This document shows, piece after piece, positions 1-8,744 of a DNA stretch of 64,000 nucleotides. Made by a program: the position numbers and the translations under genes. This DNA comes from Fibrobacteria bacterium. Lineage in GTDB: Bacteria > Fibrobacterota > Chitinivibrionia > Chitinivibrionales > FEN-1185. Every line of letters starts with the position of its first letter. The first letter of the stretch is position 1. Location: assembly GCA_037447435.1 (NCBI GenBank), contig JBBIGR010000004.1:32001-96000 (forward strand), read 5' to 3'. Below the pieces are notes generated by a model, which was not told the origin of the DNA, did not search any database, and saw only the letters and a program-made list of their open reading frames with translations.

Positions 1-2
1 CG

Positions 3-1832
3 CTGTATCTTGTAAACGGGACATGCGAGTTTGAAGGTTTTTCGGCAAAAAGCGGAATTCTGTGGTCTTTGGCCGACAGCCTTATCATTAACGGCAATGC
101 GAATTTTTCCGATCTTACCGGCCTTGTTTGCGCCGAAGGCCCGGTTGTTGTCAGGGCCAACGATAAAAATCCCCTGGTAACGTTTTCCGCAACGAAATTT
201 CCCGTATGCAATCTGGTTCTTTCGGCATTGCCGTCTTTGGAAGGATCGGCCCGCATCATCGCGGGACCGGGAATTCATTTAGCGAAAAACGTCTTGTTTC
301 AATGGAAACGCTCTGCGGATGCGGCTCTATTCGATTTCCGACAAAACCGGGCCTCCATGACAATCGGCGGCAATGTTCGGACCGAGCAAATCAATTCCGG
401 TATCGACAAGGGATGCATTCTCATGGGAAACGGCATCTGGACATTCGGCGGGGATATGAAAATACGCAATGTCGTTCGCGATAGCTCGGTTATGGTTTTC
501 AATAAGGAATCGGGAAAGCAACTTTTAGAAAGCACCCAGTCGCTCGGCATTGTCCGCCATGTCGGTAAAGCAACGGTATCGCTTCTCTCGCCGCTTTCAT
601 GCAAAGACTTTTACAACAGCGACGGCATTTTGGAATCTAACGGCAATGCGATACTCTCCGAAAACGACGTAACGATAACAAACGGTACTGCCGCAACGTT
701 CTCCAATGCTTTCACGCCGCTACGGATCCGCGCGCAACGGAATATCACGCTTAAAGGAAATCAATTGTCGTTTCTGTCAATTACCGGTACTCCGGCGTGC
801 ACGCTGTGGGCAAACGGGACTATTCTGGCGCGAAATGCATCGATTTCGAATTGCATTGCGCTGGCAGGCAAAAAAGCAAAAGCGGTGAACTGTTCGAACA
901 GCGGCAATGCCGTCAATTGGCAATTTACAAGTACACCGCAACCGGTGTCGTTGTTGTACGGCCAACGAGGAAACAAATGCGCAAAAATCAAGTGGACGCA
1001 AAGCGTGGAGCCGGATTTTCTTTTTTATGCGATTTACGCGTTCACAAAAAACGGCAGCCCCGTCGCGATCGATTCGGTTTTTACCCAATCCGATACGTCG
1101 TTTACAATATACGACCTGCAGAACGACGTGCCGGCGACATTTGCAATTTCGGCGACCGACAGCAGCGGCCGTGAAAGCGCCTTGTCGAACAAATGCACGG
1201 TTGTTCCCGATTCCGGGCTTCTTAATTATTCTGCCCAGGATTTCGTCTTTGGCCCGGTAAAATTCGGATCCTTTCACGATACGGTATTGGTTGTTTCAAA
1301 TGACGGGACCGATACCATTTCAATACTATCGGTCGATAAAACAAGCAAATCGTTTTCCCAGACCCTGAAACCGATGCGAATTCCTCCCAAGGCGTTCGCG
1401 GCGGATACGATACGGTATTCTCCAAGCCGCAGCGGGAAAGATTCATGTTCGATTTTTATAGCAACCGATTCCAAATCCGTTCCCGATACGATACGAATCA
1501 ACGGCTCGGTAATCGCATCGGAAGCAATACAACCGGGCCAAAAGGATTTGCCGACCGAGTTTTCTTTCCAGGAACTTTCTACCTCCGAACGAACAGTAAT
1601 TTTTAAATACAGTCTGCCGGTTTCTTGTTTTGTCACAATGGAAATTTATAATGCGATAGGCAGAACACTGGAACGTCCGCTCGACACGTATCTCGAACCG
1701 TCCACGTTTGAATTTTCCTGGAATTCCCCGCAACTTTCCCGCGGTATCTATTTCTGCAGATTCAAAGCGTTCGACAAAAATTCCTCTGAAAACAAGTTTA
1801 TCAAGACGTTGCGCATCGTATTTTCCAAATGA
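3..1832 (+). CDS. Large secreted protein, 5'-truncated: beta-rich region, FN3 domain, ASH/choice-of-anchor D Ig domain and T9SS type A C-terminal sorting domain
   Basis: Frame is open from base 3. FN3-like 'KIKWTQSVEPDFLFYAIY...FAISATDSSGRESALSN'; ASH-like 'FGPVKFGSFHDTVLVVSNDGTDTISI'; CTD-like 'FKYSLPVSCFVTMEIYNAIGR...LSRGIYFCRFKA...LRIVFSK'. Confidence 0.8.
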   Translation: MYLVNGTCEFEGFSAKSGILWSLADSLIINGNANFSDLTGLVCAEGPVVVRANDKNPLVTFSATKFPVCNLVLSALPSLEGSARIIAGPGIHLAKNVLFQWKRSADAALFDFRQNRASMTIGGNVRTEQINSGIDKGCILMGNGIWTFGGDMKIRNVVRDSSVMVFNKESGKQLLESTQSLGIVRHVGKATVSLLSPLSCKDFYNSDGILESNGNAILSENDVTITNGTAATFSNAFTPLRIRAQRNITLKGNQLSFLSITGTPACTLWANGTILARNASISNCIALAGKKAKAVNCSNSGNAVNWQFTSTPQPVSLLYGQRGNKCAKIKWTQSVEPDFLFYAIYAFTKNGSPVAIDSVFTQSDTSFTIYDLQNDVPATFAISATDSSGRESALSNKCTVVPDSGLLNYSAQDFVFGPVKFGSFHDTVLVVSNDGTDTISILSVDKTSKSFSQTLKPMRIPPKAFAADTIRYSPSRSGKDSCSIFIATDSKSVPDTIRINGSVIASEAIQPGQKDLPTEFSFQELSTSERTVIFKYSLPVSCFVTMEIYNAIGRTLERPLDTYLEPSTFEFSWNSPQLSRGIYFCRFKAFDKNSSENKFIKTLRIVFSK

Positions 1833-1892
1833 TATTGCGACGGGGCAAATCCCCATGTTGGCGCGGAACGGTACTTTGGCAAAAGAACAAAC

Positions 1893-2873
1893 ATGGTAAA
1901 CAAAAAAATCATCGGGCAGGTTGCAATAAGCCTGTTTTGCCTCGCTCAATTTTCATGCAGCGCACTGCATTGTTTTGATGCAAAAACCCGGTATCCCGAC
2001 CTGAGCGATTCGTTATCGCTTATCCAGTCATGCAAAAACATTTCGCATCATCTCATGCGCATTGCCCGGGAATCGGACAGTTCCGCTTTTAAAAACTTTT
2101 ACCGGGGAATTGATTCCGTTGGCATTGCCTTTAGCGCAAAAAGCGTTCCATCAACGGCAATTGCCGATTCAATTTGCAACAGAGTGTTCGGAACATGGAA
2201 TATCTCCTTTGATGCCGACGACAGTTCCTTTTCGTCGCTTTTGCCGCATCGGGTTTTTTCCCAAAAACACGGCGCATGCCTCGGCATATCGCTTATCATG
2301 CTCATGATGTCCGAAAAGTCAAACTGCCCCATGCGCGGCGTCATGGTGCCCGGCCATTTTTTCTGCCGCTTCGACAATGGTTCGGTACGCTATAATATCG
2401 AGCCGAACAAAGCCGGTTTTCGCCATCCCGATTCCTATTATGAAACCCGCTACGATACTCGATCAAAGCCCTGGTACGATCTGCATTCCCTGACAAAACA
2501 GGAAGTCGTCGGAATGCTGTGCTACAATGCGGGCACGATTTTATTGTCTCGAAAAGAAACGAGCGACGCCTTGTTTTATTGCAAACAGGCAATGCTTCGA
2601 TTGCCCCATATTCCCGAAGTAATCGGGAACTATGCCCTGTGTCTGGCGCAAAACAATGACGTGGATTCGGCGTTGTCCGTTTTCTCAGCGCTTTTTCAAG
2701 CGCATCCCGATTTTGGCAATTGCGCATTGAATTACGGCATTCTGCTGCTTTCGCAAAACCGCTATGAAACCGCGGCAGGCGTTTTCGCCAAAGGCCTGCT
2801 ATACTTCCCCAACGATACGGTTTTACAAAACAAACTTCTTACCGCAAAAACCGGTTCGGGAAAAATGCCGTGA
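1893..2873 (+). CDS. SirB1/transglutaminase-like (Transglut_core2) domain protein with C-terminal TPRs, probably exported
   Basis: 'GACLGISLIM...RGVMVPGHFFCRFD...NIEP' motif, TPR-like helices at the C-terminus, hydrophobic N-terminus. Confidence 0.75.
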   Translation: MVNKKIIGQVAISLFCLAQFSCSALHCFDAKTRYPDLSDSLSLIQSCKNISHHLMRIARESDSSAFKNFYRGIDSVGIAFSAKSVPSTAIADSICNRVFGTWNISFDADDSSFSSLLPHRVFSQKHGACLGISLIMLMMSEKSNCPMRGVMVPGHFFCRFDNGSVRYNIEPNKAGFRHPDSYYETRYDTRSKPWYDLHSLTKQEVVGMLCYNAGTILLSRKETSDALFYCKQAMLRLPHIPEVIGNYALCLAQNNDVDSALSVFSALFQAHPDFGNCALNYGILLLSQNRYETAAGVFAKGLLYFPNDTVLQNKLLTAKTGSGKMP

Positions 2874-4531
2874 AACGTTTAGCCGTTACAAGTATTGCCC
2901 TTCCGTTTGCATGCGCCGTTGCGGCGGGGTTCTTCACCTATTTTCCTATAACCGATTCGGATATTTTTTGGCATTTGGCCAGCGGACGGGAAATAATCGC
3001 CCACGGGCATTTGTTGTTTTCCGATCCGTTCAGTTACACGCTTGTCAATCCGAAGTGGGTCGATTTGCACTGGTTGTTCCAATTGCTTACCTACGGAATA
3101 TATTGTATCGGTCAATTAACAGGCCTGCTTGTTTTCAAGGCGATACTGATCGCCTTAACCGCGATTGGCGTTACCGCCGCCCTTCCCAAACCCGTGTACC
3201 GCATAACCAGTGCGATTGCAATGACGATTTTACTCTACTATGCCCGCTATCTTATCTGCATACGCCCCGTTCTTTTGACCATGTTCTTCATGGCAACGTA
3301 TGTATTGCTGTTCGAAAGAATTAAAGCGGGCGCCCCAAAGCGCTGGCTTTGGCTTTGCGTTCCCGTGCAAATCGTTTGGACTAATTCTCAAGGGCTGTAC
3401 CCGATCGGTCTGTTCATCATCGGATCATATTGGTTTGAAAACGCGGTCGCTTATTATTTAAGGAAACCCGCAACCGAAGCGCGGGGGGAAAAACGTCCCG
3501 ATCATTTCTATACCTTGATTTTTACTATTAGCGGTGCGGCTTGTTTTGTCAACCCGTACGGCATTTCGGGCATCTTGTTGCCGCTAACGCTGCTTGGCAG
3601 AATTTCCCCGGACGCCAACAATATTTATTCCATGAACATTTCCGAAAACCTGCCTCTTTTGGCGGTATCCGGTTTTGAAGCCGTGTATCGCATCGTCGTG
3701 TTTACATGCGCCATCGCGTCCGCCCTGCTCTGCATTGTCAATTACAAAAGGCTGCGAATCGCCCACGTGTTTTTAATTGCCGGCTTCGGCTATCTCGCCT
3801 TCAATGCCGTACGGAACGTACCCTTATTCATTGTCGTCATCGTACCGGTTTTTTCCTATTACGCTTCGGCAACCGCCGATACCGCGGAACGGATTTTCCC
3901 CAAACTGTATCCTAAAATTCTGGCAGGAATAACCGCGGCGGGATTGTGCTGCATGGCCTTTTTGGGAACCCAGCAGTACGCCATTATTAAAACATACCCA
4001 TACAAGAGTCAATTGTCGCCGTTTCGCTTTCCCGATAACATTTGCAACTATCTTACGCAGCATCCGATTCGGGGAGAACTGTACAACGATTTGCGGTATG
4101 GCGGTTATTTCATTTGGAAATTCTATCCGCCTAAAAAGGTATTTGCCGATACGAGGCTCATCATCCGCACCCCGCAATTCTTCGCGGAATATCTTGCGAT
4201 CGGAAACAATCCGGATTTGTTTTTCGCGGTTGCGGAAAAATTCCATATCACCCATGCCGCAATGCCTTCCGCGATATTCAATGAACAACGGCAATTGATC
4301 AAGGCACTGTACCGTTCTACGCAATGGCATCTGGAGTTCTGCGACGGCACTTCGTTTTTATTCGTGAAAAACGATGTCGCGCAACGAAAAGGCATCAACC
4401 TGTCGGACACAAATGACGTGAATCGGATAGAAAAGTCGATCGAAAAGGAATGGGAAAAATCAGAGTATATCCGCAATGAAGCGCTCGGGCATTTCAATGA
4501 GATGCTTGCGTATCTACGGTCGCCCTCATAA
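2870..4531 (+). CDS. Polytopic membrane protein, possible GT-C-fold glycosyltransferase
   Basis: About 11-12 hydrophobic segments; acidic motif after TM1 'DSDIFWHLASGREI...DPFSYT...WVDLHWLFQ'; soluble C-terminal domain; GTG start overlaps the upstream stop. Confidence 0.6.
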   Translation: MKRLAVTSIALPFACAVAAGFFTYFPITDSDIFWHLASGREIIAHGHLLFSDPFSYTLVNPKWVDLHWLFQLLTYGIYCIGQLTGLLVFKAILIALTAIGVTAALPKPVYRITSAIAMTILLYYARYLICIRPVLLTMFFMATYVLLFERIKAGAPKRWLWLCVPVQIVWTNSQGLYPIGLFIIGSYWFENAVAYYLRKPATEARGEKRPDHFYTLIFTISGAACFVNPYGISGILLPLTLLGRISPDANNIYSMNISENLPLLAVSGFEAVYRIVVFTCAIASALLCIVNYKRLRIAHVFLIAGFGYLAFNAVRNVPLFIVVIVPVFSYYASATADTAERIFPKLYPKILAGITAAGLCCMAFLGTQQYAIIKTYPYKSQLSPFRFPDNICNYLTQHPIRGELYNDLRYGGYFIWKFYPPKKVFADTRLIIRTPQFFAEYLAIGNNPDLFFAVAEKFHITHAAMPSAIFNEQRQLIKALYRSTQWHLEFCDGTSFLFVKNDVAQRKGINLSDTNDVNRIEKSIEKEWEKSEYIRNEALGHFNEMLAYLRSPS

Positions 4532-5311
4532 TTTGTTGCGAAACCGCACCTCGATGCTCATCGGGACCCGCCTGTACCCGTCGTTTATCCCCGGATATTT
4601 ATACCGCGGATCCGCGACGGACGTTCTGGCGCGTATGTAAATAAGGACCGAATAATATTGCGACCAGGTCGTGGTCGCTGCATGCGTTTTCGTATAATAC
4701 GTTAAATTCAACGAATCGATGTTCTCGGCCAGCACGACGGGAGTTCCCGAATTGATATTGTATAATAAATTGGTGCCGGATTTGTAATAATACAATTTAT
4801 TTGCCGCATAAATCGTCGTGCCGACGGTAAACGTACCGCTGGTGGAAAGATGAATCGTGTCTTGAACCGAATTGGTATCGACCGTCGTAATGGTATATTG
4901 GGTTACCGACGAATCCAGGGGCGATTGCGCCAACAAATAATTTTGCCCTTTAAATCCGGCTCCGTTGGTCAAGGCAATGAAGTTTACCGAAGTAAGCGTC
5001 GCAGGCACCGTGTACGTTCCGCCTCCCTGGTTCGCAAAGAAACAAACGCTGTCCACATCGCTGAAAATCAATTGGCAATTATACGGCGGTAAATCGGATC
5101 CGGCCTGCATGAGGCCTTCGCTGATTTTCTTGATCGCATACGTCGCGTCCTGATGCATCTGGGTCACTTGCGTCTGTAAATTATAACTCCGTAAGCCGGT
5201 CGAAAACATCTTGTAGGCTCCCAAGATAGCGACAAAACTTATCGTAATGGCTATGAGCAGCTCGACAAGCGTAAAACCGTTTTCGTTGCGAAGAGTTTGT
5301 CCTGCGTCCAC
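4526..5311 (-). CDS. Type IV minor pilin, PilW-like
   Basis: Prepilin motif 'NENG|FTLVELLIAITISFVAILGAY'. GTG start at 5311 with GAGG upstream; the ORF-track start at 5464 overlaps the neighbouring gene. Confidence 0.85.
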   Translation of the reverse strand: MDAGQTLRNENGFTLVELLIAITISFVAILGAYKMFSTGLRSYNLQTQVTQMHQDATYAIKKISEGLMQAGSDLPPYNCQLIFSDVDSVCFFANQGGGTYTVPATLTSVNFIALTNGAGFKGQNYLLAQSPLDSSVTQYTITTVDTNSVQDTIHLSTSGTFTVGTTIYAANKLYYYKSGTNLLYNINSGTPVVLAENIDSLNLTYYTKTHAATTTWSQYYSVLIYIRARTSVADPRYKYPGINDGYRRVPMSIEVRFRNKL

Positions 5312-5325
5312 GATGCCGGCCTCGG

Positions 5326-5766
5326 TTAAAAATTTTGGGAAATATTGGTCCACAATTTTAAGGAATCGAATTTGCCGGAGCCCCAACTCGCGACAAGCTT
5401 CACGCTCACGACATTTTTGATCGCGTCGCCGTTCGGCGCTTTCAAGGTATCGTAAATTTTCCATTCCACTTTTATCGGAGGCGACGTGGTATTGTCCGTG
5501 ATTATCGTATCTTTTCCGGAAATCGTTTTAAATGCATTGAAATTTGCCGTCGGATCGAGCGCGATGACCATCCGGCGCGCTTCAATTTGCTTTTCAAGAA
5601 CCTGCGAGGCAATCATCCGCCGGTTCGTCAGCTTTGTTTGAGTCCATGTCGTTTTTTGCCACATGAGAAAAGCCACGGCGACAAAGGTGACGATAAGCGC
5701 CGAGATGATCACTTCGGTCATGGTGAATCCGCGTTCGCCAAGGCTTCTATTGAAACATGCGTTCAT
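5326..5766 (-). CDS. Type IV minor pilin, PilV-like
   Basis: 'ERG|FTMTEVIISALIVTFVAVAF'; short beta-rich C-terminus 'SVKLVASWGSG'. Confidence 0.85.
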   Translation of the reverse strand: MNACFNRSLGERGFTMTEVIISALIVTFVAVAFLMWQKTTWTQTKLTNRRMIASQVLEKQIEARRMVIALDPTANFNAFKTISGKDTIITDNTTSPPIKVEWKIYDTLKAPNGDAIKNVVSVKLVASWGSGKFDSLKLWTNISQNF

Positions 5767-5767
5767 G

Positions 5768-6262
5768 TTACTGCACCTTTACCCTTCCGGTGGCAGCCAA
5801 TACATTTATCGTTTTCGTTTTATTGAATTTATTGGTAACCTGTATGTCGCCGCCGTTTTTCGCAGAACCGTCGCCTCTGAAAACCACACTCTTATTTGTA
5901 ATTCCGGTCGAAGTAGGAATCACGATTTTTATATTTTTCGGCATGATATAGGTGCCGAGATATTTGGTCGCGGTATCTCCGCTGGAAATGGTGTAGGGAG
6001 TTCCCGAAGAATCGGAATATATATATATTCTCGATCCTGTCGCGGTCGTGTCGAAAAAAACGCCGCAATGGACATTGGGGTCTGCTATTGCCCGTGTACG
6101 TGCGGCAACCAAGGTCCTATGGATATTCATTGCAGCCGTGCGTAATTTCATTCCCTCAACCATCTGACCGTATTTGGGAATCGCGGCAGCGGTCAATATT
6201 CCCACAATGCCGATCAATACGAGCGTTTCCATCATGGTCCAACCGGAATTGCGGTTTTTCAT
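5768..6262 (-). CDS. Type IV minor pilin, FimT/GspH-like
   Basis: 'MKNRNSG|WTMMETLVLIGIVGILTAAAIPKY', 'ARTRAI', 'VVFRGDG', 'INVLAATGRVK'. ATG at 6262. Confidence 0.85.
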   Translation of the reverse strand: MKNRNSGWTMMETLVLIGIVGILTAAAIPKYGQMVEGMKLRTAAMNIHRTLVAARTRAIADPNVHCGVFFDTTATGSRIYIYSDSSGTPYTISSGDTATKYLGTYIMPKNIKIVIPTSTGITNKSVVFRGDGSAKNGGDIQVTNKFNKTKTINVLAATGRVKVQ

Positions 6263-6273
6263 ACTAACCTGTA

Positions 6274-8463
6274 TCAATCTATTTTTCCGTAATCGCGTTT
6301 CCATTGCACACGCTTGGAGGTAAACTGGTGATAGGTTAAAAGATTTGTCATGAGTTCCAATTCGGCATTGTCCGAATGACGTTCGCAATAGAAAAAATCA
6401 AAATTATATGTATTTCCGGTAATGAGCCCTCCGATTGTATCAACGTTCAGCGATTGAGTTGCTTTTAAGTGGATTCCGCCAAGATCCATTACTAGTTTAT
6501 TATTAATAAAAACCCAGACATCATCATCACCGCTGAAATAAAAAACCTGGCCGGGCATTTTGGTAAAAGTGGATTTAATCTCCATTGTAAATGAAAAATT
6601 ATGGTTTGAGCCCTTCTCATTCCATTCGTTTCCGAATCCGCGTCCGTCAAGAGGAAAAAAATTATCATTAATGTACTGATACATGCCATTTCCGATATGC
6701 GTCAATGAAAGCGAATCCTGAATCACTATGTTAATAAAGGACGTATCATTTGCCGCGCCGGTACTCCCATCAGGGTTTAGCGGGGTATTCGGGCATCGGG
6801 TAAATTCATTTCCATCGTACTGTCCTGATCTTAATGACCAATTGTATTGATATCGCGGATAGGTGTGGACGCCGGGTGCCCATGCCTTGAACCAACTTCC
6901 GATATATTTATTTAATTCAAGATTGCTTAAAAGAACGGGCTTTCTTTGGCCATCCAATAAGTTTTGAACCATTCCGGTCGTTACCCCCGCACCACCGCAA
7001 TTGGGCTGTTCAAATTCAGGATTCGATCTATCGGAATGATAATCATAATACGTAACCGGCACTTTTGCAATTGCGCCATACGGATTTACCAAACCACCGG
7101 TCGGAATTTCCACATATTGCGACAAATGCGTATTGAATGTCCGTTTAGTTCCTCCGAATTTACTGAAAGCCGAATCCGAAATACTAAAACCGGCAGAAGG
7201 AATTATTTCGCTTAATTGCCAAGAAAGGCTATCGCCGCCAATAAGCGCTTTGCCGTTTGATGTTCTGCCGCCTTTGCCGCCGTATACTTCAAATTCATAA
7301 ATCGAATATCCCCAGGAGGTTCCGCGCTGAATGCCTTTCATTCGTATATATCGAATGTCCTGGGGTGAAAAAGTAATTGAGCGGCTTTCCTGCGCACCGT
7401 CGGAAATTTGTGCTACCTGATACCATGTGCTGTTATCGGTGCTCACATCTATTTCATATTGTTGTGCAAATGCGGCTTCCCATTTTATTAGAACTTCACT
7501 AACAATACAGATTTGGCCAAGATCGATAGCAAGCCATTCCGCATCGGCAACGGCCGCGGTAACGCTCGGCGAACCGCCGGGATAAGGACTACCCCATCGG
7601 GTCGTTCTGGCATTCCCGTCTATGGCATCTGCCGGGGAATGTCCCGATTCTGTACCGGATGCATAGGCCGTTGCGCCGAGCGCCAGGTTATAATTGGTGT
7701 TGCTTATGGGTTTTACCGAAACATTGTCTACGTATAAATCAAGCGGCCCTTGGGAACCGCATTGAAAATCCAATGATGCCCTCGTTGTTGTCGCCGAATC
7801 CATTTTGAAGTCATAGGAAATCGTTTTCATGGAGCCGCTCGGATAAAAAAAGCGGTTTCCGGTAAATAGCGGCCAGGGGCTATCCATGCTCTGTATATTG
7901 ACATCTGCAAAATCCAGGCTTTCCGGCGTCGAAATGTCGAAGCTTACGCGATACGTCGTATCCTGTTTAATGGTTAAATTGTCCTGGCATAGTTCTGCGG
8001 AATAAATGTCGTCTCCGCCATTGGTTACCGATAAATGCCCCACTGTTTTTCCGTTAAGAGTTGTCGTATTGAACGAACAGCCGCCGCAAGCCCATCCGCA
8101 GGCGCCGACATTTTGCGAAATAGAATACCAAATCGAATTGCTCGAAAAATCGCAATTCTGGATTATATTGCCGCCCGAGCCGCAACTTGCCGAAGCGCCG
8201 AAATATTTGTCCGCGTTTCCGTCAAAGCATTCCTGTGCAAGCAAGGTGACCTGGGCGTCTGCCGCATAAAAAGACTGCATTTTGCCTATGTAGTTTTTCA
8301 CGATCGACGAATTCAGGGAAGAGTTTACAATTGCACCAATACCCAGCACGCCTATCGCGATCATAAAAATGAGGGTAATAAGAAGGACCACGCCTTTTTC
8401 ATTCTTTAACCGAAGGTATTTTTTTAAAATTGTTGCAAGCCGCATTTTATTTGTGCTATTCAT
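6274..8463 (-). CDS. PilX-like minor pilin fused to CBM4/9-like, F5/8 type C (CBM32-like) and fibro-slime (PA14-like) domains
   Basis: PilX N-terminus 'NEKG|VVLLITLIFMIAIGVLG...QSFYAADA'; CBM4-like 'NIIQNCDFS...YVDNVSVKP'; F5/8 'NLALGATAYAS...AIDGNARTTRWGS...WLAIDLG...YSIYEFEVYG'; fibro-slime 'FFPLDGRGFGNE...HNFSFTME...FSGDDDVWVFINNKLVMDLGGIH...FFYCERH'. Confidence 0.88.
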   Translation of the reverse strand: MNSTNKMRLATILKKYLRLKNEKGVVLLITLIFMIAIGVLGIGAIVNSSLNSSIVKNYIGKMQSFYAADAQVTLLAQECFDGNADKYFGASASCGSGGNIIQNCDFSSNSIWYSISQNVGACGWACGGCSFNTTTLNGKTVGHLSVTNGGDDIYSAELCQDNLTIKQDTTYRVSFDISTPESLDFADVNIQSMDSPWPLFTGNRFFYPSGSMKTISYDFKMDSATTTRASLDFQCGSQGPLDLYVDNVSVKPISNTNYNLALGATAYASGTESGHSPADAIDGNARTTRWGSPYPGGSPSVTAAVADAEWLAIDLGQICIVSEVLIKWEAAFAQQYEIDVSTDNSTWYQVAQISDGAQESRSITFSPQDIRYIRMKGIQRGTSWGYSIYEFEVYGGKGGRTSNGKALIGGDSLSWQLSEIIPSAGFSISDSAFSKFGGTKRTFNTHLSQYVEIPTGGLVNPYGAIAKVPVTYYDYHSDRSNPEFEQPNCGGAGVTTGMVQNLLDGQRKPVLLSNLELNKYIGSWFKAWAPGVHTYPRYQYNWSLRSGQYDGNEFTRCPNTPLNPDGSTGAANDTSFINIVIQDSLSLTHIGNGMYQYINDNFFPLDGRGFGNEWNEKGSNHNFSFTMEIKSTFTKMPGQVFYFSGDDDVWVFINNKLVMDLGGIHLKATQSLNVDTIGGLITGNTYNFDFFYCERHSDNAELELMTNLLTYHQFTSKRVQWKRDYGKID

Positions 8464-8667
8464 ATCAATCCCCGCTTTGCCTCTGCCAGGATTGAAGGCA
8501 ATAAAAATTACTGGAATGGATGTTAGTTCTTATACCCATATTGTACTATAATATACATCATTTGAGTATATATTTATTTAAGCGATTAGATTGGCGGGGT
8601 TGAAATTTGGTTTTTTGGTATGGATTTTAATTGATTCGGTATTGGTATTGATTTTGGTATTGATTTT

Positions 8668-8736
8668 TCGTAGAGACGCACTATGTAGAGACGCACTATA
8701 GTGCGTCTCTACTACCATCACCGTGCGTCTCTACGA
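8668..8736. repeat. Nested REP-like palindromic element (GTAGAGACGCAC / GTGCGTCTCTAC)
   Basis: Perfect 28 bp palindrome GTAGAGACGCACTATAGTGCGTCTCTAC (8685-8712) inside an outer inverted pair TCGTAGAGACGCAC (8668-8681) / GTGCGTCTCTACGA (8723-8736). Confidence 0.85.
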
Positions 8737-8744
8737 CGGGGATT

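Noticed and set aside
5312..5464. N-terminal extension of the PilW-like ORF in the ORF track (likewise 6263-6388 for the FimT-like ORF)
   Set aside because: Overlaps the upstream gene; the prepilin motifs and start context indicate the shorter starts.
8612..8736. Possible CRISPR mini-array
   Set aside because: The repeats are short, inverted and nested, with no unique spacers and no cas genes in the window.
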